A DNA stretch of 63,927 nucleotides, filler included, from Candidatus Methanoxibalbensis ujae (GCA_026134085.1; 4 parts of 4 records of this genome joined end to end with filler, not necessarily neighbours in it), one strand, 5' to 3'; numbered from the whole stretch's first letter, positions 30,761 to 40,045 are shown. The notes: generated from the letters alone by a model not told the origin. Made by a program: numbers and translations.

Positions 30761-31900
30761 TTATGTGCGTTCAACCACTTTTAACTCACTCTTATCTGTC
30801 ATCAATGATATATTATCAGGTTTACTTCCTGCCTTCTCATCACCTCCCTCTTTTATCTTATATTCCATCTTCAGTATATGAGATAATCCAAACGCATTAA
30901 ATAGAGACTTCAATGCAGATATGACAAATGACTGATTCTTCTCCTGCCTTTTTATTGAGTCCTTACTCATCCTTATGTATTGCTCTCTGCTTAACTGTAA
31001 TACTGATAAGACCTTGTCAACAAACTCATTCACAGAGTAATCATACCACATCCACATTAACGCAGTATGTGGTCTTGTTCCTCTGTGTTCCGCTTTCACC
31101 TTTATTGAGCCTGTGTTGATGTAACATGGTAAGTCTGTAACAACAGTCGGAAGTCCTATATATTCCGATTCATATACTGGCATATTTACTCCGTCTCCGT
31201 GAGATGCTGATATTAGATATTTGGAGGATGCATATATTGAGTATAACTCATTGTGATGGAGTGTAAACTCCTGGTAAAAATCAATATTGACCTTTCCTCT
31301 TGCTCTCTTTAAAACACTCGGTAAAATTGACGGTCTCCGTGTGCTTATTACACATATACTTATTTGAGAGTCAATGCTTTTGGTTATCTCATTAATGAGA
31401 GGAGATAAGACTGATATTCCCTTTCTGTCAAGTGGGTCATATGCTCCCAGCATAATGATGTCATATCTGAATACTCCATTTGATATGTTCAAGTCATGAA
31501 TTGCTCTATATCTTGTCAATTCAGGAGATAATGCTCTTGGCACTATACCAGAAATTGATGCTCCCAGTTCATCTGACCATTGTTTTAAGACATTCTCTGA
31601 GAATGGAGATGCGACCCATATTACATCATAATTAAAGTCAGTGTTCTTGATGTAAATATCCCTTACACGACGAGTTGGTATGCAGAAGTCATCAAACCAC
31701 AGTAATTGAGCTCTTGTCCTCTTCTCAAGGAAGGCTGATGATGAATCCGTTAATATGTTAAACTTGTCATTCTCATAGTGATTCGCGAGTGAAATTTCTG
31801 CGTTTGTTATTGATGTTAAAAGAGAGTATGTGTGCTTTGATGCATAATGGATTGAATGCTCTTCTGGAGTCTTATATGGGAATATGTTTATTCCACTCAT
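30761..31900 (-). CDS. glycosyltransferase, GT-B/GT4-like
   Basis: DRKG and SHGDGVNMPVYESEYIGLPTVVTD (GT4 ExFG...EA-like motif). Confidence 0.75.
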   Translation of the reverse strand: MSGINIFPYKTPEEHSIHYASKHTYSLLTSITNAEISLANHYENDKFNILTDSSSAFLEKRTRAQLLWFDDFCIPTRRVRDIYIKNTDFNYDVIWVASPFSENVLKQWSDELGASISGIVPRALSPELTRYRAIHDLNISNGVFRYDIIMLGAYDPLDRKGISVLSPLINEITKSIDSQISICVISTRRPSILPSVLKRARGKVNIDFYQEFTLHHNELYSIYASSKYLISASHGDGVNMPVYESEYIGLPTVVTDLPCYINTGSIKVKAEHRGTRPHTALMWMWYDYSVNEFVDKVLSVLQLSREQYIRMSKDSIKRQEKNQSFVISALKSLFNAFGLSHILKMEYKIKEGGDEKAGSKPDNISLMTDKSELKVVERT

Positions 31901-31917
31901 CTGTGAAGTGCACCTCC

Positions 31918-32550
31918 TTATGCAGTCACTTTAAACTTGTATTCTGCAGTTATTGTGTCATATTGCTCCAGTGTTGTGTCTGATATTCTGTCTCTGGCTA
32001 TCATAAAATCATGATCACCAGTGCCATGTCTTGATAGAACTGTAAATCCCACTTCCCTCACTGTTATAGGGTCAGTATGCTTGTTTTCCGCAGATTTCGT
32101 TGCAGTGAAGTATGCTGTATTTCCGTCTATTATAACCTGTGAGTATGTGCCTGCGTAATAATAGAGTTGTCCAGATGATGTCCCATGTGGTATATGATTC
32201 TCAAAACCATAGTCAGATGCTTCAACACCTTTGAATCCTGAACCGAAGCATATACCATATTGGTGTCTTCCTTCTTCAGTATGCCAGTATGCATTGAGAA
32301 ATCTACTGTTATCTGCATCAACAGTTCTATTAGCCCCTCCCCAATCCTTTATGCAGCATGAATCGCGAGCTGGATAATCTTTACCCATCTGCTTGAAATG
32401 AGCAAGCATCGCTATGATGAATGACCTTGATTTACCACTGTAAATTATCTCTGTGTCACCATTCCTCCTTCTCACTATCACTCTTAAATCAGCACCTATC
32501 ATGTCCTTATTTCCATCCTTCCATATCCTCTTATTAATATTATCTCTCAT
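31918..32550 (-). CDS. putative virion structural protein (beta-rich paralog A)
   Basis: YGICFGSG...SDYGFENHIPHGTSSGQLYY...ITVREVG...MIARD. Confidence 0.65.
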   Translation of the reverse strand: MRDNINKRIWKDGNKDMIGADLRVIVRRRNGDTEIIYSGKSRSFIIAMLAHFKQMGKDYPARDSCCIKDWGGANRTVDADNSRFLNAYWHTEEGRHQYGICFGSGFKGVEASDYGFENHIPHGTSSGQLYYYAGTYSQVIIDGNTAYFTATKSAENKHTDPITVREVGFTVLSRHGTGDHDFMIARDRISDTTLEQYDTITAEYKFKVTA

Positions 32551-32582
32551 GTGTGTTCAATCACCTCCCTCATTCACATATT

Positions 32583-33191
32583 CTATACTTCTATCCAGAA
32601 TAAAACCTCCACTTCTATTGTGCGACCTGCCTGTATCGTCAGAGGAGCTGTTAATACATCTCTCAATATCATTACTGTGTAATCCGTGTCATCACTGTAT
32701 CCATATTTTACAGCATATATTCCGACTTCATTTGCAGTTATATCTGATGTGGTTCTGTTTTCAATTATCCTCTTAACAGGCCACTCAACTTTCATCGGAG
32801 ATACTATGAAGTCATCAAATTTATCCTTTTCTCCTACAATATGACGACCATACCACAGTTTTCCAGATTCCTCACCATGTTCAATTATTGACTCAAGCTT
32901 ATAGTCTGTCACTGAAACTGGAGTCGTTCCTGTCCCCAATACAATACCTCTTAACTCCTCTTCTCCATCCCACCACCATTCAAGGTATGGATGATCGCAA
33001 CGAGTATCTGGAGCATCTATCTCTGTCCCATCTATTGTCTTCAGTGTATCATGTCCTGTCTCAGTGTTGAACTGTGATACTAATGACGCTCTCATCATCC
33101 TCAGAAAATTGTCCACTAAGGAGTTCAATGGTTCATCTCTTATACAATGTCCTCTCTCATATATCCGTAATCTCCCCTTCACATCACTCAC
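32583..33191 (-). CDS. putative virion structural protein (beta-rich paralog B)
   Basis: GIVLGTGTTPVSVTDYKLESIIEHG...ITANEVG...MILRD. Confidence 0.65.
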   Translation of the reverse strand: MSDVKGRLRIYERGHCIRDEPLNSLVDNFLRMMRASLVSQFNTETGHDTLKTIDGTEIDAPDTRCDHPYLEWWWDGEEELRGIVLGTGTTPVSVTDYKLESIIEHGEESGKLWYGRHIVGEKDKFDDFIVSPMKVEWPVKRIIENRTTSDITANEVGIYAVKYGYSDDTDYTVMILRDVLTAPLTIQAGRTIEVEVLFWIEV

Positions 33192-34347
33192 CTCCTGTTT
33201 CTATTTCAGATTCATCTCTTATATATCCTTCACCATATATGTGGAATCCTACCTTATATGATGGGAGTTCCTCCTCCATCAAAACACATTCAGACATACT
33301 CAAACTCATATATGGCAATTCCACCTCTCTCTTTATATCAGCTTCCGTTTTAACCTTTATCTCATCAAATATCTCATGCTTATCTTTAAATCCTGAAATA
33401 CTCGCTCCATCTCTCAACTTAACCTTCATATCCACATAACCATGAACTATCTCAACATTTACACTCTCATCACTTACATTATCAACACATGTTGAGTATT
33501 CTCCCAACACATCAAGTTTAATCTCCGACATAACTTCATCATAAACAGGATGCGTATATGATAACCTGCACCAGTCCGATATATGTCCTTCTCCATATAT
33601 ATGGAATCCTACCTTATATGATGGGAGTTCCTCCTCCAATAATAGAGTTTCATACATACTCAAACTCATATATGGTAACTCAAGCTCCTTCTCACATTCA
33701 TGCACTGTTCTTATTCTTATCTCATCAAATATCTCATGCTTATCCTTTAATCCTGAAAGACTCGCTCCATCTCTCAAATACTCCTCCTGATATATATGAC
33801 CATGAACAATATACCTGTATGAGTATTCATCATCAATATATGATGTTCCTCTCATTTTTATCAATATCTCAACACTTGATGTCGTTGTATCTTTAATCTT
33901 ATCTATTATACCAATTGACTGTGGAGCAACATACTCATATGATGTTGTATCCTTAACTTTATCAATAATACTTATATGTTGTGCCGATATATACTGCATA
34001 ACTAACTCATGCTTTACTCTATCAGTGCTCTCAATAGATTTTGACTCAACAGTTATAAATGATAAAGCGTCATCCACCTTATTTATGCTCTCAATTGAGT
34101 GAGATTCAACAGTCCTCATTGTGATGTCTTCATCAATATCTTCCTCACTTTTTACACTTCCCCATGCGATTAACTTTGTTTTATCTTTCAATGATTCTGA
34201 TATGACAATAGACCTGTCAATAGCTCTTGCTGCATGTGCCAATATAAATGCGAAACCACCATATACTGATGCTATCTCATTCATCAGTCCATATATTGAT
34301 GAATATCCTTCCAGAAACTCTATCGTGGCTGGCTCATCAAATATCAC
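33184..34347 (-). CDS. putative structural/fibre protein with internal repeats
   Basis: A ~63-aa unit is duplicated (DNA 33227-33417 and 33587-33777), plus four ~20-aa S-I-x-x-D-K-V repeats. Confidence 0.7.
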   Translation of the reverse strand: MIFDEPATIEFLEGYSSIYGLMNEIASVYGGFAFILAHAARAIDRSIVISESLKDKTKLIAWGSVKSEEDIDEDITMRTVESHSIESINKVDDALSFITVESKSIESTDRVKHELVMQYISAQHISIIDKVKDTTSYEYVAPQSIGIIDKIKDTTTSSVEILIKMRGTSYIDDEYSYRYIVHGHIYQEEYLRDGASLSGLKDKHEIFDEIRIRTVHECEKELELPYMSLSMYETLLLEEELPSYKVGFHIYGEGHISDWCRLSYTHPVYDEVMSEIKLDVLGEYSTCVDNVSDESVNVEIVHGYVDMKVKLRDGASISGFKDKHEIFDEIKVKTEADIKREVELPYMSLSMSECVLMEEELPSYKVGFHIYGEGYIRDESEIETGGE

Positions 34348-34372
34348 TTACTTAATCACCTCCCTTTTATTC

Positions 34373-34759
34373 TTATTCCACTATCATCTCCACTTTATCC
34401 TTCACACCATCTCCATATATAATCCTTTCATTTCTCACAGTCTCAATTATGACAATATCCCTCATCAGATTAAGTGATATTGCAGACATATTCCTCTTCA
34501 CGATATTATAACTCTTATCAAATAATCTCGTCCATCTCTTGACCTTATACCATATTGTTGAACCTCTCGTCGTCTCTATTACTCTAATTGAAGGTGAACC
34601 TCTTAACGATGATCCCTTAAACCCAACTGTCATACCAACAGGAGGTGGCTCTGGTCTTGCTTCTATTACAGGCATCGTCAATAGAGGTATCTCAATAGGA
34701 GGTATCGTCATCCTGCTTACATATACTATCTCCTTCTCCTCATCTCCATTATCACTCAT
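34373..34759 (-). CDS. viral hypothetical protein
   Basis: GAGGTGA RBS, Pro-rich N-terminal part. Confidence 0.7.
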   Translation of the reverse strand: MSDNGDEEKEIVYVSRMTIPPIEIPLLTMPVIEARPEPPPVGMTVGFKGSSLRGSPSIRVIETTRGSTIWYKVKRWTRLFDKSYNIVKRNMSAISLNLMRDIVIIETVRNERIIYGDGVKDKVEMIVE

Positions 34760-34773
34760 TTAATATCACCTCT

Positions 34774-36024
34774 TTATGCTATCTCAAAGACAGCTTCATC
34801 ATTTATTGATTCCTCATCATGAATGTATGCATTCTCCACAGTTTCCAACTCCACAGATACTCCAATACTCTGCTCAGTCTCATATTGAGGAGATGTTATT
34901 GAATGTATGACACTCAATCCTCTTATATCACTTTCACCTTCTATCCTCGCTGGCAACATAACTGATAACATAGAGTTATCTGTGAGCTCATTTAATATTA
35001 AGACTTTAATTCCACTTTCAATCTTGAGCATTCCTTCATCTCTGACACCACTCACAATATCCTGCTTAGGTTTAAACAGTCTAAATTCTGAAGTGGTAGC
35101 TGGGAATGACTCCAACCGTCTTGGAATGTTCCTTATCTGAGTGAATGAAGGTGCTTCTCCGACACTCATCTGAGGTAATCCTAATGGCATTAAGAATGAT
35201 AACGCTTTTGTCTTAGGAGTTTCAATTATCCTGTCAATTATTTCAGCAACAGCATAACTGACTATCGGCAAGGCAATACATCCTCCCATTATCCCCAACA
35301 GTTTAGTGATGTCAAATCCATTTGACATCACATCTGGCAGTCTCTTTAATAATGATGCTGTCGCAGGTATGGTGACTGCTGCTATAAACATATTCTTAAA
35401 CTTATGTCTCAAATCCTCAAATAACTGAGTTATTTGCACATTAAACTGAGATATAAAGTCCTCAGCTATACTACATAATGCGTTCCACATTCCTTCAAAT
35501 ACTGATGCGAGCCATGTGAATATTGATGATAGTGCTCCTATTAACCAGTTTAATCCATTAACAATAGATGTATATATCCACTCACCGAATGAGTATATAG
35601 CCTCACCTATAACTGATAACGCAGAACCTATCCACTGTAATCCTCCCCATAACCACTCACCGAATCCGAGAAATGCATTCCACAACCACTCACCGAATCC
35701 TGCAATTGCCTTACCAATTTCACACAGACCATTCCACAACCACTCACCGACTGCCGACAATCCCTTATACATCCACTCAAAGGCTGAATAAACCCAAGAG
35801 CCAAATGTCTCCAATGCTGAAGCGATTGCTGATATTGCATTTCCCAGATACTCACCGAGAGATGATAATCCCTTATAAATCCATTCAAATGCACTGACTA
35901 AGAAATCTCCGAGTGCTGTGAGACCATCTAATATCGCTGAAAAAGCTTCATCTATCCATGACCCCAATGTGTCAAATGCTCCCTGTAATGCTTCAAATAT
36001 CGCTTCAAATATGTCCTCAAACAT
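34774..36024 (-). CDS. Trp-repeat amphipathic helical protein (tape-measure-like pattern) with TM segments
   Basis: Repeated GEWLW/GSWVY/FEWIY units at about 11- and 18-residue spacing. Confidence 0.7.
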   Translation of the reverse strand: MFEDIFEAIFEALQGAFDTLGSWIDEAFSAILDGLTALGDFLVSAFEWIYKGLSSLGEYLGNAISAIASALETFGSWVYSAFEWMYKGLSAVGEWLWNGLCEIGKAIAGFGEWLWNAFLGFGEWLWGGLQWIGSALSVIGEAIYSFGEWIYTSIVNGLNWLIGALSSIFTWLASVFEGMWNALCSIAEDFISQFNVQITQLFEDLRHKFKNMFIAAVTIPATASLLKRLPDVMSNGFDITKLLGIMGGCIALPIVSYAVAEIIDRIIETPKTKALSFLMPLGLPQMSVGEAPSFTQIRNIPRRLESFPATTSEFRLFKPKQDIVSGVRDEGMLKIESGIKVLILNELTDNSMLSVMLPARIEGESDIRGLSVIHSITSPQYETEQSIGVSVELETVENAYIHDEESINDEAVFEIA

Positions 36025-36047
36025 TTCTCCCTTCTCTTATATTATTA

Positions 36048-36254
36048 TCAGACGATCTGTATCATTATTTTAACTCCTCCATTCTCACACTTCACTGTTG
36101 TGGCTTTCTTGAGGTCATCTGGCGAATCCCTAACGAGTATATCTCTCAAATCTGACTCTGGTATGAATATCTCAAGTATATTTCCATTTACATTAACTCT
36201 TGCATTTGGCGTCAGTCCTTTTATTGATGAGAGTAATGGCATTATCTCAATCAC
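36048..36254 (-). CDS. viral hypothetical protein
   Basis: Short ORF with GGAGGTGA RBS. Confidence 0.65.
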   Translation of the reverse strand: MIEIMPLLSSIKGLTPNARVNVNGNILEIFIPESDLRDILVRDSPDDLKKATTVKCENGGVKIMIQIV

Positions 36255-36346
36255 CTCCTTTTTATCATCCTATTAACCACTATCATACATAAAAAGGATA
36301 TCCCACCCATCCCTCCTCCTCCCTTCATCAACCTTCCACTACTTCT

Positions 36347-36574
36347 TCATGACAGCATACACCACAGCATCGCTGAAAATGTGAGCATCTTAACTGGATC
36401 ATCATACCACATCACCCACAGTCTCTGTAAAAATGACTGGACATATGAGAATGCCACCTTCAAATGTGATAACACTGATGCTATCACTGAATATATCTCT
36501 GTCTTAAATGTCTCAATTGCCACTCCTATTGACTGCGCAATTCCTGTCACATCCTCTAAGTCCATTGAAAACAT
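36347..36574 (-). CDS. small amphipathic/membrane protein
   Basis: Helical and hydrophobic, in the structural operon. Confidence 0.65.
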   Translation of the reverse strand: MFSMDLEDVTGIAQSIGVAIETFKTEIYSVIASVLSHLKVAFSYVQSFLQRLWVMWYDDPVKMLTFSAMLWCMLS

Positions 36575-36585
36575 TTTCCCTCACA

Positions 36586-37206
36586 TCACGGTGGATTCAC
36601 ATATACATAGTATGTTGAAATAAGTCTCGCTCCATCTCCCACTGTAGTGGCTGCTGGAGTATCCCTCAACATCATCACATAATACTGCGAACCGCCAACA
36701 GTCACCATTATAAACCATCCCACTTCCCTGACTGTTATTGACCCTCCACTGTCATTATCAAACTTCCTCTCAAGCGTTATCTTTGCTGGTGCTCCTGAAT
36801 CTTCAGATGACTTAATCTCCGTCTCATGATATACGAGTTCACCGCTTCCCGTTCCATGATTAATCTTTGACCTCAAATTATAATCAGTCCATGTTGTTCC
36901 AGTTCCATTAGTGCCCACTATGAGACCATACTTATCCTCATTTGCAGGAGCATTTGCCCCATACTTATTGGCATCATTCTGCTCATCCCATGACACTGTT
37001 CTTGATGTTCCATCCACATCCACAACATCAAACTGTGGTTTACCTGCTATGTCATTTGCGAGAGCTGTGTTGAGCAATGAATATCCATTCTTCACAAATG
37101 AATGACACTTGTGCCACTCATCACTTATCAGTTTATCTTCTATCAGCACTCTCATCCGCAGCCATATATCAAATGATGCACCTCCAGACTGTCTTATTTT
37201 CTTCAT
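36586..37206 (-). CDS. putative virion structural protein (beta-rich paralog C)
   Basis: YGLIVGTNGT...TDYNLRSKINHGTGSGELVY...ITVREVG...MMLRD. Confidence 0.65.
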   Translation of the reverse strand: MKKIRQSGGASFDIWLRMRVLIEDKLISDEWHKCHSFVKNGYSLLNTALANDIAGKPQFDVVDVDGTSRTVSWDEQNDANKYGANAPANEDKYGLIVGTNGTGTTWTDYNLRSKINHGTGSGELVYHETEIKSSEDSGAPAKITLERKFDNDSGGSITVREVGWFIMVTVGGSQYYVMMLRDTPAATTVGDGARLISTYYVYVNPP

Positions 37207-37245
37207 TTCCTCTTCTCATTCACCTCCTTACCTTTTCTTGTAAGA

Positions 37246-37281
37246 AATGAGAAGGTGCGCTCTTATAGCGCACCTCTCATT
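37246..37281 (-). terminator. stem-loop downstream of the 67-aa gene
   Basis: AATGAG(A)AGGTGCGCT-CTTAT-AGCGCACCTCTCATT. Confidence 0.4.
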
Positions 37282-37319
37282 CATCCATTCTCAATACTGA
37301 GACCACTTACCTCCCACTA

Positions 37320-37523
37320 TCAGAATATGCCCCTGAACCATGCTGTCATACCTCTGAACATCCTTGAACCATATCTCCAGACAAGCAGAGTAAGTCCACC
37401 CAGGACGACCACTGTCGCTATGATTGACGCATTATCAGCAATCGCATCTGCTATGTAGTAAAGGACATCCTGCAATCCCTGCAGCACTCTATTCAGCACA
37501 TCAACGAGCTCATATCCCGCCAT
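37320..37523 (-). CDS. small single-TM protein, candidate envelope/coat protein
   Basis: Acidic amphipathic N-terminus, TM helix and basic C-terminus. GGAGGTG RBS and TTTATATA box upstream. Confidence 0.7.
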   Translation of the reverse strand: MAGYELVDVLNRVLQGLQDVLYYIADAIADNASIIATVVVLGGLTLLVWRYGSRMFRGMTAWFRGIF

Positions 37524-37610
37524 AACACCACCTCCTATCTCATACTATCATTCACCTTATATAAATACCTTATCCTCTCATGCTCCCACATATCTTTATC
37601 CTCTTATAAC

Positions 37611-38201
37611 TTATTGCTTCATCATTTCCCTCTTCTCTATTATCTCCCTTATCTCATCCCTCACTTTATCCTTATCCACAACCACATCATCCTCAGATGT
37701 TATCGCTTCCTCCTCCCTCGCATATATTCCTTCAATCCTCCTCCTCTTCCTTTCCTCCTTCTCCCTTATCATAGATGCAACACTCTCCACCAACCAGTTC
37801 ATACTCTCACCATGCGATGACTTCTTCACTCTTCTCACAACTCCTATACATGCTCTCTTAACCGATATATACCTCTTCACCACATTTATTGCCCATATCA
37901 CATCATTCAACTCAATATCACTATTCACATTATCAAGAGCATCCACATCCACTTCCACATTTTCAGTCTTTCTTACTTCTATCAACCTCCTCATAATATC
38001 CTGAGGACTCATCCTCCAACTGTTCATCCCATCTCCACTGCTCAATGATGCTATCACATCATCTATTATAATTGATGCTTCTATCCACTCATTTATTATC
38101 TTCACCGCTTTCACCACATCCTTCACTCCAACCCTCAAATCACTTCTTCCATTATACCTCCTCACACTCCCATTATCCTCTCTTCCTCCTCCAACATTCA
38201 A
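37611..38201 (-). CDS. viral helical hypothetical protein with internal duplication
   Basis: KDVVKAVKIINEWI compared with NDVIWAINVVKRYI. Confidence 0.7.
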   Translation of the reverse strand: MNVGGGREDNGSVRRYNGRSDLRVGVKDVVKAVKIINEWIEASIIIDDVIASLSSGDGMNSWRMSPQDIMRRLIEVRKTENVEVDVDALDNVNSDIELNDVIWAINVVKRYISVKRACIGVVRRVKKSSHGESMNWLVESVASMIREKEERKRRRIEGIYAREEEAITSEDDVVVDKDKVRDEIREIIEKREMMKQ

Positions 38202-38222
38202 CTTGCCATCATCCTCCTTACT

Positions 38223-38621
38223 TTATCTGCTTTTCTTCTCAATCCTCAAAACCACATAATCCCTTTCACGAACACATACAATTGAAAGACCACTTTCCAC
38301 CTTCTCTTTTACACGCTTCATAACCAGACTACCTATGACATTAATTAAGTCATCCACATTAAACAGAATATAGCATATCCTTCCTCCATCAGACCACTCC
38401 AGATCAACACTCTTCAACCCCAACTTCCTTAACGCTTCAACTGATGCAGTTACTCCTTCCACAACCTTCCTCTGCGTTCTCTCATACTTCTTTAAACCAT
38501 AAATCCCTCTTACTTTATTATCCCCTCTATCATTCACAACATCACATACTCTATCATTAACATCATTATCCATTATTAAAATCCCTCCTACCTCCTCCTG
38601 TTCTATTATCACATAAATCAA
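38223..38621 (-). CDS. viral hypothetical protein
   Basis: ORF in operon. The true start may be the internal MDND after the GGAGG RBS. Confidence 0.6.
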   Translation of the reverse strand: MIYVIIEQEEVGGILIMDNDVNDRVCDVVNDRGDNKVRGIYGLKKYERTQRKVVEGVTASVEALRKLGLKSVDLEWSDGGRICYILFNVDDLINVIGSLVMKRVKEKVESGLSIVCVRERDYVVLRIEKKSR

Positions 38622-38709
38622 TTATATCCCCAAATTAATAAAATATGTGGAGGAGGCTCTTCTCCCCTCCTCCATCATCAGTCATCCATACTCACTTATC
38701 CACCGAAAT

Positions 38710-39141
38710 CTATGCACTCGTTCCTCTCTCCTCAGGTCTTGTCGTCTCTGACGGAGTTCTGCCAAGTCCGAACTCATCCATTATTGCTCTCAGGACATCC
38801 TCATTAAGCTCAGGTGACTTATTCATGAACTCTGTGAGAACATCCTCTGGGTCAACTTCATGCTTCACAAGACAGACACGATGCAGTTTCTGTGCAAATG
38901 CATAATACGGTGCTCTGAACATTGGCGACACATATGTCTCTTCTGCGTTCAGTATTCTCCTGACTCTCATCCTGACACGATGATAAAGTCCACCACCAGC
39001 AGCGAATTCCATCGTCTGCATCTTTGCCACAGTCTGTGCAAGTTCATCAGGTATTCCCTGTGCCTTAGCTATCTTATAGACCTTCTGCTCATATCTCATA
39101 AGTGTTGTTCCACTCCACACCTTCTTTCGAGACGCCATCAC
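38710..39141 (-). CDS. putative SIRV2-type major capsid protein (Adnaviria)
   Basis: 143 aa with a basic N-terminus. VRRIL...RAPYYAFAQKLHR and LNEDVLRAI align by eye with rudiviral MCP VSAVL...RAIYQGFGLKVAR and ANPQVLDAV (recalled sequence). Has its own TATA-like promoter, RBS and downstream hairpin (38648-38674). Confidence 0.72.
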   Translation of the reverse strand: MMASRKKVWSGTTLMRYEQKVYKIAKAQGIPDELAQTVAKMQTMEFAAGGGLYHRVRMRVRRILNAEETYVSPMFRAPYYAFAQKLHRVCLVKHEVDPEDVLTEFMNKSPELNEDVLRAIMDEFGLGRTPSETTRPEERGTSA

Positions 39142-39226
39142 GCATCACCTCCTTCACCTTCTCTCTATTACATCATATCTCTATTACATAAATATATTTA
39201 TACTATCCCATATTATCAATCACCAG

Positions 39227-39670
39227 ATGAAGCACATAATCATCCTCACGGAAGGCGTAACACGACACTCCATACCCGCAGAACTGATCTCATCCATATC
39301 CTCCGACCTTAATGTGACTGCGATGCGTATAATAACCCTCGTCCGCTTCTCCGACAACATATCCTCTTATGAGTTATCCTCTATAACTGACTACTCTCTA
39401 ATCACAGAGACAATCAGAAGATTCATTATGGATAGAAGACCACTCAGTCCAATAGAAGCAACTCGTGCTGCTGCTGAATACATCAGAACATATATAGAGG
39501 ACAACTTTTACTCTATTACATCAACATTATCATCTCAGATATTCAGTCGTTATTATGAGTCAAAACTGAGCACTGATACTGAGATATCCGTTTTTGATAT
39601 AAACCAATTCCTCCTCTCCAGAGCAACATCTGATATTCAGACTATAATAATACGAGAAACATCACGATGA
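39227..39670 (+). CDS. viral hypothetical protein (Ser/Thr/Ile-rich), divergent from MCP
   Basis: 147-aa ORF sharing the AT-rich divergent promoter region 39150-39225. Confidence 0.6.
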   Translation: MKHIIILTEGVTRHSIPAELISSISSDLNVTAMRIITLVRFSDNISSYELSSITDYSLITETIRRFIMDRRPLSPIEATRAAAEYIRTYIEDNFYSITSTLSSQIFSRYYESKLSTDTEISVFDINQFLLSRATSDIQTIIIRETSR

Positions 39671-39688
39671 TCCCCCTCACCTCCCCCC

Positions 39689-39862
39689 TCACTTCTTCTT
39701 TTTATTCTCATCTACCACCTCATCTACCACCTCATCCATAATCACATCTACAACCTCATCTACAACCACATCCATAATCACATCTACCACCTCATCCATA
39801 ATCTCATCCATAATCTCATCTACAACCTCATCCACAATCTCATCTACAACCACATTCCCCAT
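39689..39862 (-). CDS. 57-aa acidic tetrapeptide-repeat ORF / 12-bp tandem repeat
   Basis: Translates as MGNVVVDEIVDEVVDEIMDEIMDEVVDVIMDVVVDEVVDVIMDEVVDEVVDENKKKK, with GGGGGGAG before the ATG. Confidence 0.5.
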   Translation of the reverse strand: MGNVVVDEIVDEVVDEIMDEIMDEVVDVIMDVVVDEVVDVIMDEVVDEVVDENKKKK

Positions 39863-40045
39863 ACTCCCCCCTTATATTTTTATAATTATAAAAAATAAGA
39901 AATTTTGAAAAACGGAACAAAAGTCACGGGAATGTGTATATACACATGTCCGTGATTTTACTTCCGTTTTTCAATTTTTCTTTACTTTTATAATTATAAA
40001 AATTAAGAAAAAATTAAAAACGGAACAAAACCCGCATACATAAAC
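39860..40045. repeat. fourth copy (plus a degenerate half) of the 108-bp palindromic repeat
   Basis: ATGTGTATATACACAT at 39932-39947, flanked 54 bp either side by TTTTATAATTATAAAA centres at 39885/6 and 39993/4. Confidence 0.95.

Noticed and set aside
33227..33777. Diversity-generating retroelement TR/VR pair
   Set aside because: Both copies are in frame in one gene, mismatches are not adenine-specific, and no reverse transcriptase is present.
34774..36024. Tailed (Caudoviricetes) virus inferred from the tape-measure-like protein
   Set aside because: No recognisable terminase, portal or HK97 capsid gene, and the capsid candidate is SIRV2-like.
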